This document shows positions 19,454 through 29,791 of a DNA stretch of 64,000 nt, in pieces. The DNA comes from a bacterium (lineage in GTDB: Bacteria; UBA8248): NCBI GenBank assembly GCA_965219955.1, contig OZ244799.1, positions 4,128,001 to 4,192,000 on the forward strand, in the 5' to 3' direction. The notes below the pieces were generated by a model that was not told where the DNA came from, did not search any database, and saw nothing but the letters and a program-made list of their open reading frames with translations. Position 1 is the first letter of the stretch. Each line of letters starts with the position of its first letter. The position numbers and the translations under genes were made by a program.

Positions 19454-20059
19454 ATGAATGACGAGACATTCGCCGAGGTCATCTCTCCCGCCGGCATCCC
19501 CAGGATACCGGATGAGGCCTTGAAGCCCAGACCCGACACGCTGGAGGGCGCTACTCTCGGGATTTTGGAGAACAACAAGGAATTCTCCGACTGGGTGCTG
19601 GACAGGGTGCTTGAGAGGCTTCGAGAGTCGGTCGGCGTCAGGGAAGTCGTCCAGCGCAGGAAGCATCACCTCGCCCAACCGGCATCCCCTGAAATTCTCG
19701 AGGAGTTGAACGCGCGCTGCGACGCCGTGTTGGTCGGCGTCGGGCACTGAGGCTCATCCACCTCGTGGAGTGTCCGCGACGCGGTCCGGCTCGAGCGGCT
19801 GGGAAGCCCCGCCTGCGTCATCGTGAGCCGGGGCTTCAGCCACAGCGGCCGCGCGATAGCGAGGAGGCAGGGCTACGGCGGACTGCCCGTCGTCGAGATG
19901 GACCATCCCCTGGCCGCTCCCGAAAGGGAAGCGCTTCATCCCAAGGCGGACGCCATCGTGAATGAGGTCGTCCACGCGCTCACGGGCGACGCGGGGGAGC
20001 TCCGGGCCGAGTATGCCGAGAAGAAGTTCCGGGGTCCTCGGAATCTCTGCCCGAAATAG
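19454..20059 (+). CDS. UGSC-family selenoprotein (in-frame TGA 19748-19750 read as Sec99)
   Basis: ORFs 19454-19750 and 19823-20059 share one frame; read-through gives CDAVLVGVGH-U-GSSTSWSVRDAVRLERLGSP; selB is present in the window. Confidence 0.82.
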
Positions 20060-20071
20060 GGGAGGCGGAGC

Positions 20072-21145
20072 TTGGCCGGTAACGTCGAAAACCCCTCTCT
20101 GGAGGCGGGCAGGCGGGTTTTGTCGGTCACGGGCTCGCTCGATGAGGTGAACGCCTGTTTCTATGAGCGCGGCTGGACGGACGGGCTGCCCATCGTCCCG
20201 CCCACGCGCGGGCGCGTGGAGAGCATGCTCACCGGCTGGCCGGGGGAGCCGGATGAGGAGATCGCGGAGGTTCCTCCCCTGATGGGGGTGGCGACGGTCC
20301 GCGCGGTTGCGGTGAACGCCGTGATGGCCGGCTGCTTGCCCGAATACCTGCCCGTCGTCGTAGCGGCCGTCTCCGCAATCACGAAGCCGCGCTATGGCCT
20401 CAGCCACCGCCAGACGACGACCCACCCCGCCACCGCGCTCATCATCGTGAACGGCCCTATGGCCAAGCGCCTTAAAGTGAACTCCGGCTCCGGCCTTTTC
20501 GGCCCCGGCTGGCGAGCGAACGCGACGATAGGCCGCGCGCTCAGGCTTTGCCTCATCAACCTGGGGGGCGCCGCGCCCGGCGAGGTGGACCGCGCCCAGC
20601 ACGCGCATCCGGGGAAATACACCTACTGCATCGCAGAGAACGAGGACGCGAACCCCTGGGAGCCTTATCACGTCGAGCGCGGCTTTCAGCCTGGGGAGAG
20701 CACGGTGACGCTCACCTGCGGGGAGGCGCCGCACTGCATCACGGACAACTACAACACCGAGCCCCACGCGCTGCTCTTCGGCTACGCGGACTCGATGGCG
20801 ACGCTGGGCGGGAACAATCTCTCCTCCCAGGGAGAACCCGCCCTCGTCATGGCGCCCGAGCACGCCGCCTACGTCGCGCGGGCGGGCTGGAGCAAGGCGG
20901 ACGTGAAGCGCTATCTGTTCGAGAAGGCGAGGAAACCCTGGAAGCACGTGGGCGTCCGGGGAAAATCGAAAGGCCCAACCTTTCCCGTCTGGGTGGACAG
21001 GACGGACCCCGAAGCCTCCGTGCCCATCCTCACCCACGCCGACGCCCTCATCCTCATCGTCGGGGGCGGCGAGGGCCAGAAATCCATGTGGATACCCACC
21101 CCCGGCGCGCAGACGCTCAGCGTCACCGAGAAGATCAGGGAGTAG
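20072..21145 (+). CDS. Conserved protein of the family commonly found next to UGSC genes
   Basis: GWTDGLPIVPPT, AVNAVMAGC, IIVNGP, RANATIGRA and AENEDANPW motifs; GGAGG RBS. Confidence 0.8.
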   Translation: MAGNVENPSLEAGRRVLSVTGSLDEVNACFYERGWTDGLPIVPPTRGRVESMLTGWPGEPDEEIAEVPPLMGVATVRAVAVNAVMAGCLPEYLPVVVAAVSAITKPRYGLSHRQTTTHPATALIIVNGPMAKRLKVNSGSGLFGPGWRANATIGRALRLCLINLGGAAPGEVDRAQHAHPGKYTYCIAENEDANPWEPYHVERGFQPGESTVTLTCGEAPHCITDNYNTEPHALLFGYADSMATLGGNNLSSQGEPALVMAPEHAAYVARAGWSKADVKRYLFEKARKPWKHVGVRGKSKGPTFPVWVDRTDPEASVPILTHADALILIVGGGEGQKSMWIPTPGAQTLSVTEKIRE

Positions 21146-21225
21146 GGAGGGGATGGTGATATCACCGTCTGATTGCAATATACTGCGTTGCACTTCCATA
21201 GTTGTAAAGGGTTGTATATAGCCGC

Positions 21226-21254
21226 TTGCCTGAATGTATCTTTTGGGATACAAT
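21226..21254 (+). promoter_or_regulatory. TA operon promoter with overlapping operator palindrome
   Basis: TTGCCT-17 bp-TACAAT; inverted repeat TGTATC-N6-GATACA overlaps the -10 box. Confidence 0.6.
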
Positions 21255-21257
21255 TAG

Positions 21258-21551
21258 ATGTTGATCGAGGTTCGTCAAACCGATCAATATGCCCGATGGT
21301 TCGAGAAACTTCGGGATAAGCGGGCGAAGGCGCGCATCAACGCTCGCATCAGACGTTTGTCGTTGGGCAATCCCGGAGATGTACGGGCGGTCGGACAAGG
21401 GGTTTCGGAACTTCGGATCGACTACGGACCCGGCTATCGCATTTACTATGTACAGCAAGGGCAATCATTGGTGGTCCTGCTGGCCGGAGGAGATAAAAGC
21501 ACTCAGGCTCGGGATATCTTTAGAGCGCGGAATCTGGCACTAGAGTTATAG
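21258..21551 (+). CDS. RelE/ParE superfamily toxin (addiction module killer, HI1419-like)
   Basis: GNPGD, GVSELRIDYGPGYRIY and LLAGGDKSTQ motifs. Confidence 0.93.
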   Translation: MLIEVRQTDQYARWFEKLRDKRAKARINARIRRLSLGNPGDVRAVGQGVSELRIDYGPGYRIYYVQQGQSLVVLLAGGDKSTQARDIFRARNLALEL

Positions 21552-21557
21552 GAGTTC

Positions 21558-21845
21558 GTGATGGCGAAGACGAAAACCAGACCGTGGGACGCGGCGGATC
21601 ACCTCAAGACGAAAGAGGATATCGCCCTCTACCTCGAAGCGGCTTTCGAGGACGGCGACCCGGCGCTCATCGCGGCGGCGTTGGGGGACGCCGCGCGGGC
21701 CAGGGGGATGACGAAGGTCGCCGCCGAGACCGGCCTGGGCAGGGAGAGCCTCTACAAGGCGCTCTCGCCCGGGGGAAATCCCGGGTTCGCCACCGTTCTC
21801 AAGGTCATGCGCGCCCTGGGCCTTCGGCTTCGCCCATCTGCTTGA
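21558..21845 (+). CDS. HTH antitoxin (addiction module antidote, HI1420-like)
   Basis: WDAADHL, ARARGMT and RESLYKALSPGGNPGF motifs. Confidence 0.93.
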   Translation: MMAKTKTRPWDAADHLKTKEDIALYLEAAFEDGDPALIAAALGDAARARGMTKVAAETGLGRESLYKALSPGGNPGFATVLKVMRALGLRLRPSA

Positions 21846-22079
21846 AAGCCCGTCAACGATGCCTGATGTCCTCATGAAGCTCCGCCGGTGTGCTTCTCGA
21901 TCATCTTTCCCTGCTTTTTCTGAAAACTCCCCCGCTTCCAACTCCTGAGATTTGGAAAAAAAGTTGTGAGAACGTCCCCATCGTGGTATTTTTGGCTTAT
22001 GCAGCGCCATGCAAACACATCCAGGGAAGTTTCTTTATTTTCTTGATGCCCGCGAGGGCCCATGAGGGAGACAATCACG

Positions 22080-23105
22080 ATGAAAAAACACTTGCTCACC
22101 GTACTTTGCGCGTTTGCCGCCGTGGCGGTAATCGCAAGCGCCGCGTTCGCCGCCAGCCCGACGCTGGAGACGGTGAAGAAACGCGGCAATCTCATTTGCG
22201 GCGTCAACACCGGCCTCACGGGCTTCTCCGCCCCTGACGACAAGGGCGTCTGGAGAGGGTTCGACGTCGATTACTGCCGCGGCATCAGCGCAGCGATTTT
22301 CGGGGATCCCGACAAGGTGACCTACAAGCCGCTGACGGGCAAGACGCGCTTCCCGGCGCTTCAATCCGGCGAGATCGACGTCCTCTCGCGCAACACGACC
22401 TGGACTTTCAAGCGCGACGTGAACCTGGGCTTCGAGTTCGTGGGCGTGCTGTACTACGACGGGCAGGGCTTCATCACCCGCAAGTCCCTGAACGTCAAGA
22501 GCGCCAAGGAACTCGGCGGCGCTTCGGTCTGCATCCAGACGGGCACGACGACCGAACTCAACCTGGCCGACTTCTTCCGCAGCAACAACATGAAGTTCAA
22601 ATCGGTCGTCGTCGAGGACGCGGCCGAGGCGCGCCAGAACTACGCCGCCAACCGCTGCGACGCCTACACGACGGACCGCTCCGGCCTCGCCGCCCAGCGC
22701 TCCGTGCTCAAGAACCCGGCCGACCACGTGATTCTGCCTGAAATCATCTCCAAGGAGCCCCTCGGCCCCGTCGTTCGCCACGGCGACAACGTGTGGGGCG
22801 ACATCGCCCGCTGGGTGCGCAACGCGCTCATCGTGGCCGAGGAACTCGGCATCACTTCCAAGAACGTCGACGCCATGAAGAAATCGAGCAACCCCGAGAT
22901 CAAGCGCATGCTCGGCCAGGAGGGCGACTTCGGCAGCATGCTCGGCCTCCCGAAGGACTGGGCCTACAACGTCATCAAGGGCGTGGGCAACTACTCGGAG
23001 ATCTACGAGCGCCACATCGGCCCCAAGACGGCCATTGGCCTCGCGCGCGGCTACAACCAGCTCTGGACGAAGGGCGGCATTCTCTACTCGCCTCCGTTCC
23101 GCTAG
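22080..23105 (+). CDS. aapJ: General L-amino acid ABC transporter substrate-binding protein
   Basis: GFDVDYCR, LQSGEIDVLSRNTTWT, ISKEPLGP and VGNYSEIYER motifs. Confidence 0.92.
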   Translation: MKKHLLTVLCAFAAVAVIASAAFAASPTLETVKKRGNLICGVNTGLTGFSAPDDKGVWRGFDVDYCRGISAAIFGDPDKVTYKPLTGKTRFPALQSGEIDVLSRNTTWTFKRDVNLGFEFVGVLYYDGQGFITRKSLNVKSAKELGGASVCIQTGTTTELNLADFFRSNNMKFKSVVVEDAAEARQNYAANRCDAYTTDRSGLAAQRSVLKNPADHVILPEIISKEPLGPVVRHGDNVWGDIARWVRNALIVAEELGITSKNVDAMKKSSNPEIKRMLGQEGDFGSMLGLPKDWAYNVIKGVGNYSEIYERHIGPKTAIGLARGYNQLWTKGGILYSPPFR

Positions 23106-23221
23106 GCTGACCCGAGCAATAACGTGAACCCGCTCCGGCTCCGGGGGTTTCCCCGGGGCCGGGCGGCGCGTTCTCGAAGCGAAGATACCGCGCAGGCGAT
23201 GTCGCACCCCGGGGGCTCGAT

Positions 23222-24421
23222 ATGGCGGTAGACTCTCAAGCAGGCGGCGGACGGCCAAGCGCCGCCCGTTGGTGGTACGATCCGAAATTCCGGTCGATCG
23301 CGTTCCAGGTCGCTTTTGTGCTGGCGCTCGTCGGCCTGGGCGTCTACCTCGTCCACAACACGCTCATCAACCTCGAAAAACGCAACATCAAGACCGGGTT
23401 CGATTTCCTCTTCAACCCGGCGGGCTTCGAGATTCCGCTCACGCTCATTCCCTACTCCGTCGAGGCGGGCTCGACCCACGGCGCCGTCTTCATCGTCGGA
23501 CTGCTCAATACGTTCCTCATCTCGGCTTTGGGGATCGTGCTGGCGACGATTCTCGGCTTCATTCTCGGCGTGCTCAGGCTCTCGAACAACTGGCTGGTCT
23601 CGCGCCTGGTGGGGTTCTACATTGAGACGGTGCGCAACGTGCCGCTGCTGCTGCAGTTCCTGTTCTGGCACTTCGCCGTCTTTCAGTCGCTCCCCCTGGT
23701 CCGCCAGGCGATACCGATTTTCGATACGGTTTACATCCACAACCGCGGCCTCACGATTCCCAGGCCCATCCCGCAGCCGGGCTTCCTGGTGGTCGTGATA
23801 TCGGTTTTCGTCGCTGTCGCGGCGATCGTCTGGCTCAAGAAATGGGCGCGCAGGCGCCAGGACGCGACCGGGGAGCAGTTCCCCGTCTTCTGGACGTCGC
23901 TGGGCATCTTCATCGGCGCGCCGCTGCTCGCCTCGGCCGCGTCCGGCTTTCCGCTCACCTGGGAATACGCGGAACTCGGCCGGTTCCGCTTCACGGGCGG
24001 CCTGGGAATCCAGATAGAGCTCTTCTCCGCCCTGGCCGCGCTCACGGTCTACACCTCATCGTTCATCGCCGAGATCGTGCGCGCGGGCATCCTCGCCGTC
24101 TCGAAGGGTCAGCAGGAGGCCTCCTATTCCCTGGGGGTGCGGCCGGCGCCGACGTTGAGGCTCGTCATCATCCCGCAGGCGCTCCGGGTCATCGTGCCGC
24201 CGCTGGTGAGCCAGTACCTGAACCTGACGAAAAACTCCTCGCTCGGCATCGCCATCGGCTACCCCGATCTGTTCAACGTCTTCGGCGGCATCTCGCTGAA
24301 CCAGAGCGGCCAGGCCATCGAGATCGTCGCCATGTGCATGGTGGTGTATCTCACCTTCAGCCTGCTGATATCGCTCTACATGAACTGGTACAACAGGCGC
24401 ATATCGCTGGTGGAGAGGTGA
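23222..24421 (+). CDS. aapQ: General L-amino acid ABC transporter permease
   Basis: GLLNT, RLSNNW, RNVPLLLQ, AEIVRAGI and YLNLTKNSSL motifs. Confidence 0.9.
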   Translation: MAVDSQAGGGRPSAARWWYDPKFRSIAFQVAFVLALVGLGVYLVHNTLINLEKRNIKTGFDFLFNPAGFEIPLTLIPYSVEAGSTHGAVFIVGLLNTFLISALGIVLATILGFILGVLRLSNNWLVSRLVGFYIETVRNVPLLLQFLFWHFAVFQSLPLVRQAIPIFDTVYIHNRGLTIPRPIPQPGFLVVVISVFVAVAAIVWLKKWARRRQDATGEQFPVFWTSLGIFIGAPLLASAASGFPLTWEYAELGRFRFTGGLGIQIELFSALAALTVYTSSFIAEIVRAGILAVSKGQQEASYSLGVRPAPTLRLVIIPQALRVIVPPLVSQYLNLTKNSSLGIAIGYPDLFNVFGGISLNQSGQAIEIVAMCMVVYLTFSLLISLYMNWYNRRISLVER

Positions 24422-24425
24422 TGCC

Positions 24426-25556
24426 ATGAGCGATACCGCAAGCAATCCGGACAGGAGCTTCTTCCGCACGGAGAATGTCCCGCAGTCTCCGCCGCCCGTC
24501 TCGACGGTGGGCGTCCTGGGCTGGATGCGGCAGAACCTCTTCTCCTCGCCGTTCAACACGGCGCTCACGCTGCTGACGCTCTATCTCCTCTATACCATCG
24601 TGCCGCCGCTGTTCCAGTGGGCCTTCATCGACTCGCTCTGGATCGGGGAGTCGAACAAGGATTGCCGGGGCATCGAGGGCGCCTGCTGGGTCCTGGTGCC
24701 GAAACGCTTCGGGCAGTACGTCTACGGCTTCTATCCCGAGCCGGAGCGCTGGCGGGTGAACCTGACCTTCATCCTGTTCTGCCTGAACCTCTTGCCGGTG
24801 CTCTCCGACAGGGTGCCGGGCCGCACCTTCGCGGCGCTCTTCCTCGTCTTCGGTTTTCCCGTCATCGCCTTCATCCTGCTCCACGGCGCTTTCGGCCTGG
24901 AGAGCGTGCCGACGAACAAGTGGGGCGGCCTGACGCTCACGCTGGTGTTCGCCTCGGTCGCCATCCTGTTCTCCCTGCCGATAGGCATTCTGCTGGCGCT
25001 CGGGCGGCGCTCCGAGATGCCCGTCATCCGCACGATCTGCGTCGCCTTCATCGAGTTGTGGCGCGCCGTGCCGCTCATCACCGTGCTCTTCATGGCGTCT
25101 TTCGTGCTGCCGCTCTTCACACCGGAGGGGGTGAACGCGAACGAACTTCTGCGCGCGCTCATCGGCTTCACCATGTTCTCATCCGCCTATATGGCCGAGG
25201 TCGTGCGCGGGGGCCTTCAGGCGCTGCCCAAGGGCCAGACGGAAGCCGCCCAGGCGCTGGGGCTCAACTACTGGAAGTCGATGCAGTTGATCATCCTGCC
25301 CCAGGCGCTCAAAATCGTGATCCCGGGCATCGTCAACACCTTCATCGCCCTGTTCAAGGATACGGCGCTGGTGTCGATCATCGGGCTGTTCGATCTCTTG
25401 CTCGTGGCCCGCTCGGCGGTGACGGACCCGAAATGGCTGGGCCTGGAGCATGAATCCTACATCTTCGCGGCCGTCATCTATTTCGTCTTCTGTTTCAGCA
25501 TGTCGCGCTACAGCCTGTGGTTAGAGCGCAAGCTCGACACGGGCCACAGAACCTGA
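24426..25556 (+). CDS. aapM: General L-amino acid ABC transporter permease
   Basis: [29 protein letters not shown] and FSMSRYS motifs. Confidence 0.9.
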   Translation: MSDTASNPDRSFFRTENVPQSPPPVSTVGVLGWMRQNLFSSPFNTALTLLTLYLLYTIVPPLFQWAFIDSLWIGESNKDCRGIEGACWVLVPKRFGQYVYGFYPEPERWRVNLTFILFCLNLLPVLSDRVPGRTFAALFLVFGFPVIAFILLHGAFGLESVPTNKWGGLTLTLVFASVAILFSLPIGILLALGRRSEMPVIRTICVAFIELWRAVPLITVLFMASFVLPLFTPEGVNANELLRALIGFTMFSSAYMAEVVRGGLQALPKGQTEAAQALGLNYWKSMQLIILPQALKIVIPGIVNTFIALFKDTALVSIIGLFDLLLVARSAVTDPKWLGLEHESYIFAAVIYFVFCFSMSRYSLWLERKLDTGHRT

Positions 25557-25573
25557 GGAGGGAGAACGCGCCC

Positions 25574-26314
<741 letters not shown>

Positions 26315-26453
26315 GGTCAAACGCGATTGATGAATGAGTGTTTGACGTGACTGAGAGGGAGTGATCGCTAGCGAGCGAGATTAGAATCGGCTCGCAATTC
26401 TTCGCTCCTCGAAGTTGTTGAAAAACCTCTCCTCGTGCAGCATTGGCCACCGC

Positions 26454-26667
26454 CGTCATTCCGGCGAAAGCCGGAATCCATTTTCGCCTTTGCCTTTTTG
26501 CCTCCTCGCTCGGACGTCTTTGCTCTCGGGCGGGGAGGAGGGAGTCGAACACAAAAGCGAAAGGCGAATTCTCCGGGTTCCGCATCCGGACAGCGCGCGA
26601 CAAGAAAGTCGTGACCGCCCCGTCCAGCGGAAAGTCAAAATGGATTCCGGCTTTCGCCGGAATGACG
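26454..26667. mobile_element. MITE-like element, family A
   Basis: Perfect terminal IRs CGTCATTCCGGCGAAAGCCGGAATCCATTTT / AAAATGGATTCCGGCTTTCGCCGGAATGACG; interior homologous to the 10233 copy. Confidence 0.88.
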
Positions 26668-26712
26668 AACAAAACCGCAGCGTCTTATCCTGTGCGACGG
26701 TCTTCTCATCCG

Positions 26713-26820
26713 CCTCATCCTGAGTAGGCGCGAAAGCGCCGTATCGAAGGATGCCCTCTCGTTCCGGTACGAGCCCCTCGCCCTTCGATACGCCGCCTTC
26801 GGCGGCTACTCAGGGTGAGG
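26713..26820. repeat. Inverted pair of CCTCA(T/C)CCTGAGTAG..CGTATCGAAGG repeats (family B)
   Basis: Same unit pair at about 1441-1592, 3989-4096 and 40834-40987. Confidence 0.82.
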
Positions 26821-26961
26821 AAAGAGGGGTTGGCGGTTTCATAGTGGACACATACGGGGCTTTTCAGAGGTCCCATTAGGGGAACTCGCGTTCAGGCCAA
26901 ATCATTGGTTATACTCATGCGCCTTTCCGTTTAACCGCCCTTAACTCAAGAGATAGAAAAC

Positions 26962-27912
26962 ATGAACGAAAATTCAGTTTGTCCAATATGGGGAACGTTG
27001 GCTTCAGTAAGAGGAGTTAGCAGTAGAATTAATCTGGAAGTGATTGATTCACCGCGCGCTGGCGGACAATATGTTATTTCTCACAGAGCAGAAAACCTCC
27101 TGAGACATAAAGATGAACACTTCAAAGCGCGGTTGACTTCGTGGTTAGTCGATCAACGGAGATTTGGAGATGAGTACCCGAAAATTACGGAACATACGTT
27201 CAGAGAGATAGAGCAACGACAAAAATTATCAGTTCACGAACGTGCGGACAGACTTCTTCAGGGTATTCAAAAAGCAACTCCGAGTATCGGGGAATACGTG
27301 GATGTGTTCGTTAATATGAGCGCTGTTTTAGCGATGTCGGAATCCATCAATGATCATGAAGTGGAATATCTGTTGGAGTATTTAGAGCGACGGGGTTGGT
27401 TGGAAAAATATGGTTCAGAGAATCGTATACTAACAGTCGAAGGTTACGCTCGACTTGCTGAACTTGAGAATGTGGCCACCGATTTGTCGCAAGCCTTCGT
27501 GGCCATGTGGTTCGATGAGTCAATGGACAATGCTTATGAAAACGGCATCAAGCCGGGTATAGAAGATGCCGGATATGAACCACTCCCCATCAATCGAAAA
27601 GAACACATCAATAAGATAGACGATGAGATTATCGCAGAGATCAGGCGTTCACGTTTTGTCGTCGCGGACTTTACGCACGGGGAGTCTGGAGCGCGCGGAG
27701 GCGTTTATTACGAGGCGGGCTTCGCGCACGGTCTGAACATTCCGGTGATATTCACTTGTCGGGAAGATATATTAGAGGATATCCACTTTGACACGCGCCA
27801 GTACAATCACATTCCCTGGGAGTCGGGAAAACTTGAGGAATTTCGAAAAAACTTGGCAGATCGAATTTCCGCTGTCATCGGAGACGGCCCGAACAAGACG
27901 CAAGACGCCTGA
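26962..27912 (+). CDS. Nucleoside 2-deoxyribosyltransferase/TIR-like domain protein with N-terminal wHTH-like region
   Basis: AFVAMWF, IIAEIRRSRFVVADFT, GVYYEAGFAHG and IHFDTRQYNHI motifs; AT-richer than its flanks. Confidence 0.75.
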   Translation: MNENSVCPIWGTLASVRGVSSRINLEVIDSPRAGGQYVISHRAENLLRHKDEHFKARLTSWLVDQRRFGDEYPKITEHTFREIEQRQKLSVHERADRLLQGIQKATPSIGEYVDVFVNMSAVLAMSESINDHEVEYLLEYLERRGWLEKYGSENRILTVEGYARLAELENVATDLSQAFVAMWFDESMDNAYENGIKPGIEDAGYEPLPINRKEHINKIDDEIIAEIRRSRFVVADFTHGESGARGGVYYEAGFAHGLNIPVIFTCREDILEDIHFDTRQYNHIPWESGKLEEFRKNLADRISAVIGDGPNKTQDA

Positions 27913-27932
27913 TACTTCTACCTAATTAGCCC

Positions 27933-29618
27933 CTAATCCGGCGGCCCATACGCCCCCGGCGCCAAGGCCTCGATGTCCGTGACGACGTCGAGGACCACGG
28001 GGCCTCCCTTCATGCTGAAGGCCTGATCGAGCGCGCTTCCGAGTTCGCCCGGTTTTTCGACGCGGATGCTCGCGGCGCCCATGGATTTGGCTATGTCGGT
28101 GAAATTCGTCTGGTTGAAGTGCCAGAGCTCGTGCGCCTTGCCGCGCTGCTCGCCGCCGTAGGCGTCGTCGAAAATCTTGGTCTCCTGGTTCTGGGAGCCG
28201 TTGTTGTTGACGAGGATGACGGCGTGGATGCCCCAGCGCACGGCGGTCTCGACTTCGCCGATGTGGTACCAGAATCCCGCGTCGCCCGTGAAGAGGATGA
28301 CGGGCCGCTCGGGCGCGCCGCACTTGGCCCCCAGCGCGGCCGGGAATCCCCAGCCCAGGTGGCCCGCCGCGCGCATGAAGCTGACGTCGGGGCTTTTAAG
28401 GTCCAGATATCCCCCCGTCCACATGCCCGAATGCCCGGTGTCGGCGAGGACGATGGCGTCGGACGGCAGATGCTCGCCCAGCGTCTTGCAAACCCTTTCG
28501 GGCCGCATGGGAGCGGCGTCCGAGTTCAGGAGCGGCGCGAATTCCGCCCGCCACGCAGCGCCCACTTGCTCCACGCGGGATAGCCACGCCCCGCGTTCGG
28601 GGACTTCTCCCGCGGCTTGGGTCAGTTTTCCGAGGGCGATTTTCGCATCGCCGATTATGGAGGCCTTAAGCGGGTAGTTGCGCCCGAGTTCCTCGGGGTC
28701 GATGTCGAGCTGAACCGCGGGAACGCCGATTTTGGGCACGCGCCAGAAGTGGGTGGTCATGCCGCCCGTCTGGGTGCCGATGAAGAAGACGAGGTCGGCT
28801 TCCGATACCAGTTCGTTCGCGCTCCTCCTCGAATACGTCCCCACCACGCCGACCGAGAGGGGGTGGTCGCCCGGAATCGATTCCTTGCCGTTCATGGAGG
28901 TGGCGACGGGGATTTGCAGCTTCTCGGCGAAGGCGACGAGTTCCGCGTTGGCGCCCGAGGTCCGCACGCCGCCGCCCGCGACGATGATGGGCCGCTCGGC
29001 TTTCGCGATCACTTCCAGCGCACGGGAGATGCTCGCCGGCTCAGGCTCGGGCCGATAGGCGGGGACCTGTTTGAAATTCTCCTCGACGATGAGTTCGAGA
29101 TCGGCCACGTCCTGTTCCACCTGCCCCAAGTTCCCGCTGAAGCGCAGGTGCACCGGGCCGGGCGTGCCCGAGGTGGCGACGCGGAAGGCCTGTCGGAGCA
29201 GATCGGGGAAGCGCGAGACGTCATCCACCGTGGCGTTGAACTTGGTGACCGGGTCGAACGCGCTGATGTCTTCGGTCTCCTGGTAGGCGTTCCGGTAGCG
29301 GATCTGCGGCGTCGTGCCGCCCGTGAAGGCGATCATGGGCGCGCAGGCCAGGTGGGCGTCGCGAAGGCCCGCCGCCAGGTTCACGCCGCCCACGATCTGC
29401 GCCATGCAGACGCCCGGACGCCCCGAGGCGCGCGCGTAGCCGTCCGCCATGTAGGCCGCCGCCTTCTCCCCGTGGGTGAGGACGCGGGCGATGCCGGTGC
29501 CGCGCTCGTCCATCTGGGCGAGGGAGTGGCTCAGAATCGTCGGCACGAAGAAAATGTGGGTGACGCCGTAGGCGTGGAGGGCGTCAGCCATGAACTGCGC
29601 CCCGCTCATCTTGGGCAT
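27933..29618 (-). CDS. Thiamine diphosphate-dependent enzyme (acetolactate synthase large subunit-like)
   Basis: EKAAAYMADGYARASG, PGPVHL and the GDAG..NN ThDP-binding motif. Confidence 0.9.
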   Translation of the reverse strand: MPKMSGAQFMADALHAYGVTHIFFVPTILSHSLAQMDERGTGIARVLTHGEKAAAYMADGYARASGRPGVCMAQIVGGVNLAAGLRDAHLACAPMIAFTGGTTPQIRYRNAYQETEDISAFDPVTKFNATVDDVSRFPDLLRQAFRVATSGTPGPVHLRFSGNLGQVEQDVADLELIVEENFKQVPAYRPEPEPASISRALEVIAKAERPIIVAGGGVRTSGANAELVAFAEKLQIPVATSMNGKESIPGDHPLSVGVVGTYSRRSANELVSEADLVFFIGTQTGGMTTHFWRVPKIGVPAVQLDIDPEELGRNYPLKASIIGDAKIALGKLTQAAGEVPERGAWLSRVEQVGAAWRAEFAPLLNSDAAPMRPERVCKTLGEHLPSDAIVLADTGHSGMWTGGYLDLKSPDVSFMRAAGHLGWGFPAALGAKCGAPERPVILFTGDAGFWYHIGEVETAVRWGIHAVILVNNNGSQNQETKIFDDAYGGEQRGKAHELWHFNQTNFTDIAKSMGAASIRVEKPGELGSALDQAFSMKGGPVVLDVVTDIEALAPGAYGPPD

Positions 29619-29647
29619 GTTGTTATCCTTGAAAGAGAAGGTGTTCA

Positions 29648-29680
29648 CCGTCATTCCGGCGAAAGCCGGAATTCATTTTT
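29648..29680. repeat. Solo family A terminal hairpin
   Basis: CCGTCATTCCGGCGAAAGCCGGAATTCATTTT with no partner end nearby. Confidence 0.75.
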
Positions 29681-29791
29681 ACGCCTGTTGCCTTTTGTCA
29701 GGGTTCCCGCACATCGGCAGGGAACGAAAAGCCGCCGTTCATTCATCCGCATCCGGCGCATGGAGTCCCACTGTCGGGTCATGTATATCAC

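Noticed and set aside
19454-19750. Nonsense pseudogene or two separate small genes
   Set aside because: The TGA falls at the expected redox position, coding character continues in frame, and selB is present.
26443-26727. Short ORFs containing VIPAKAGIHF or GTGLRACP (also near 10181, 37663 and 56590)
   Set aside because: These are translations of the repeat elements, with no RBS or protein-family signal.
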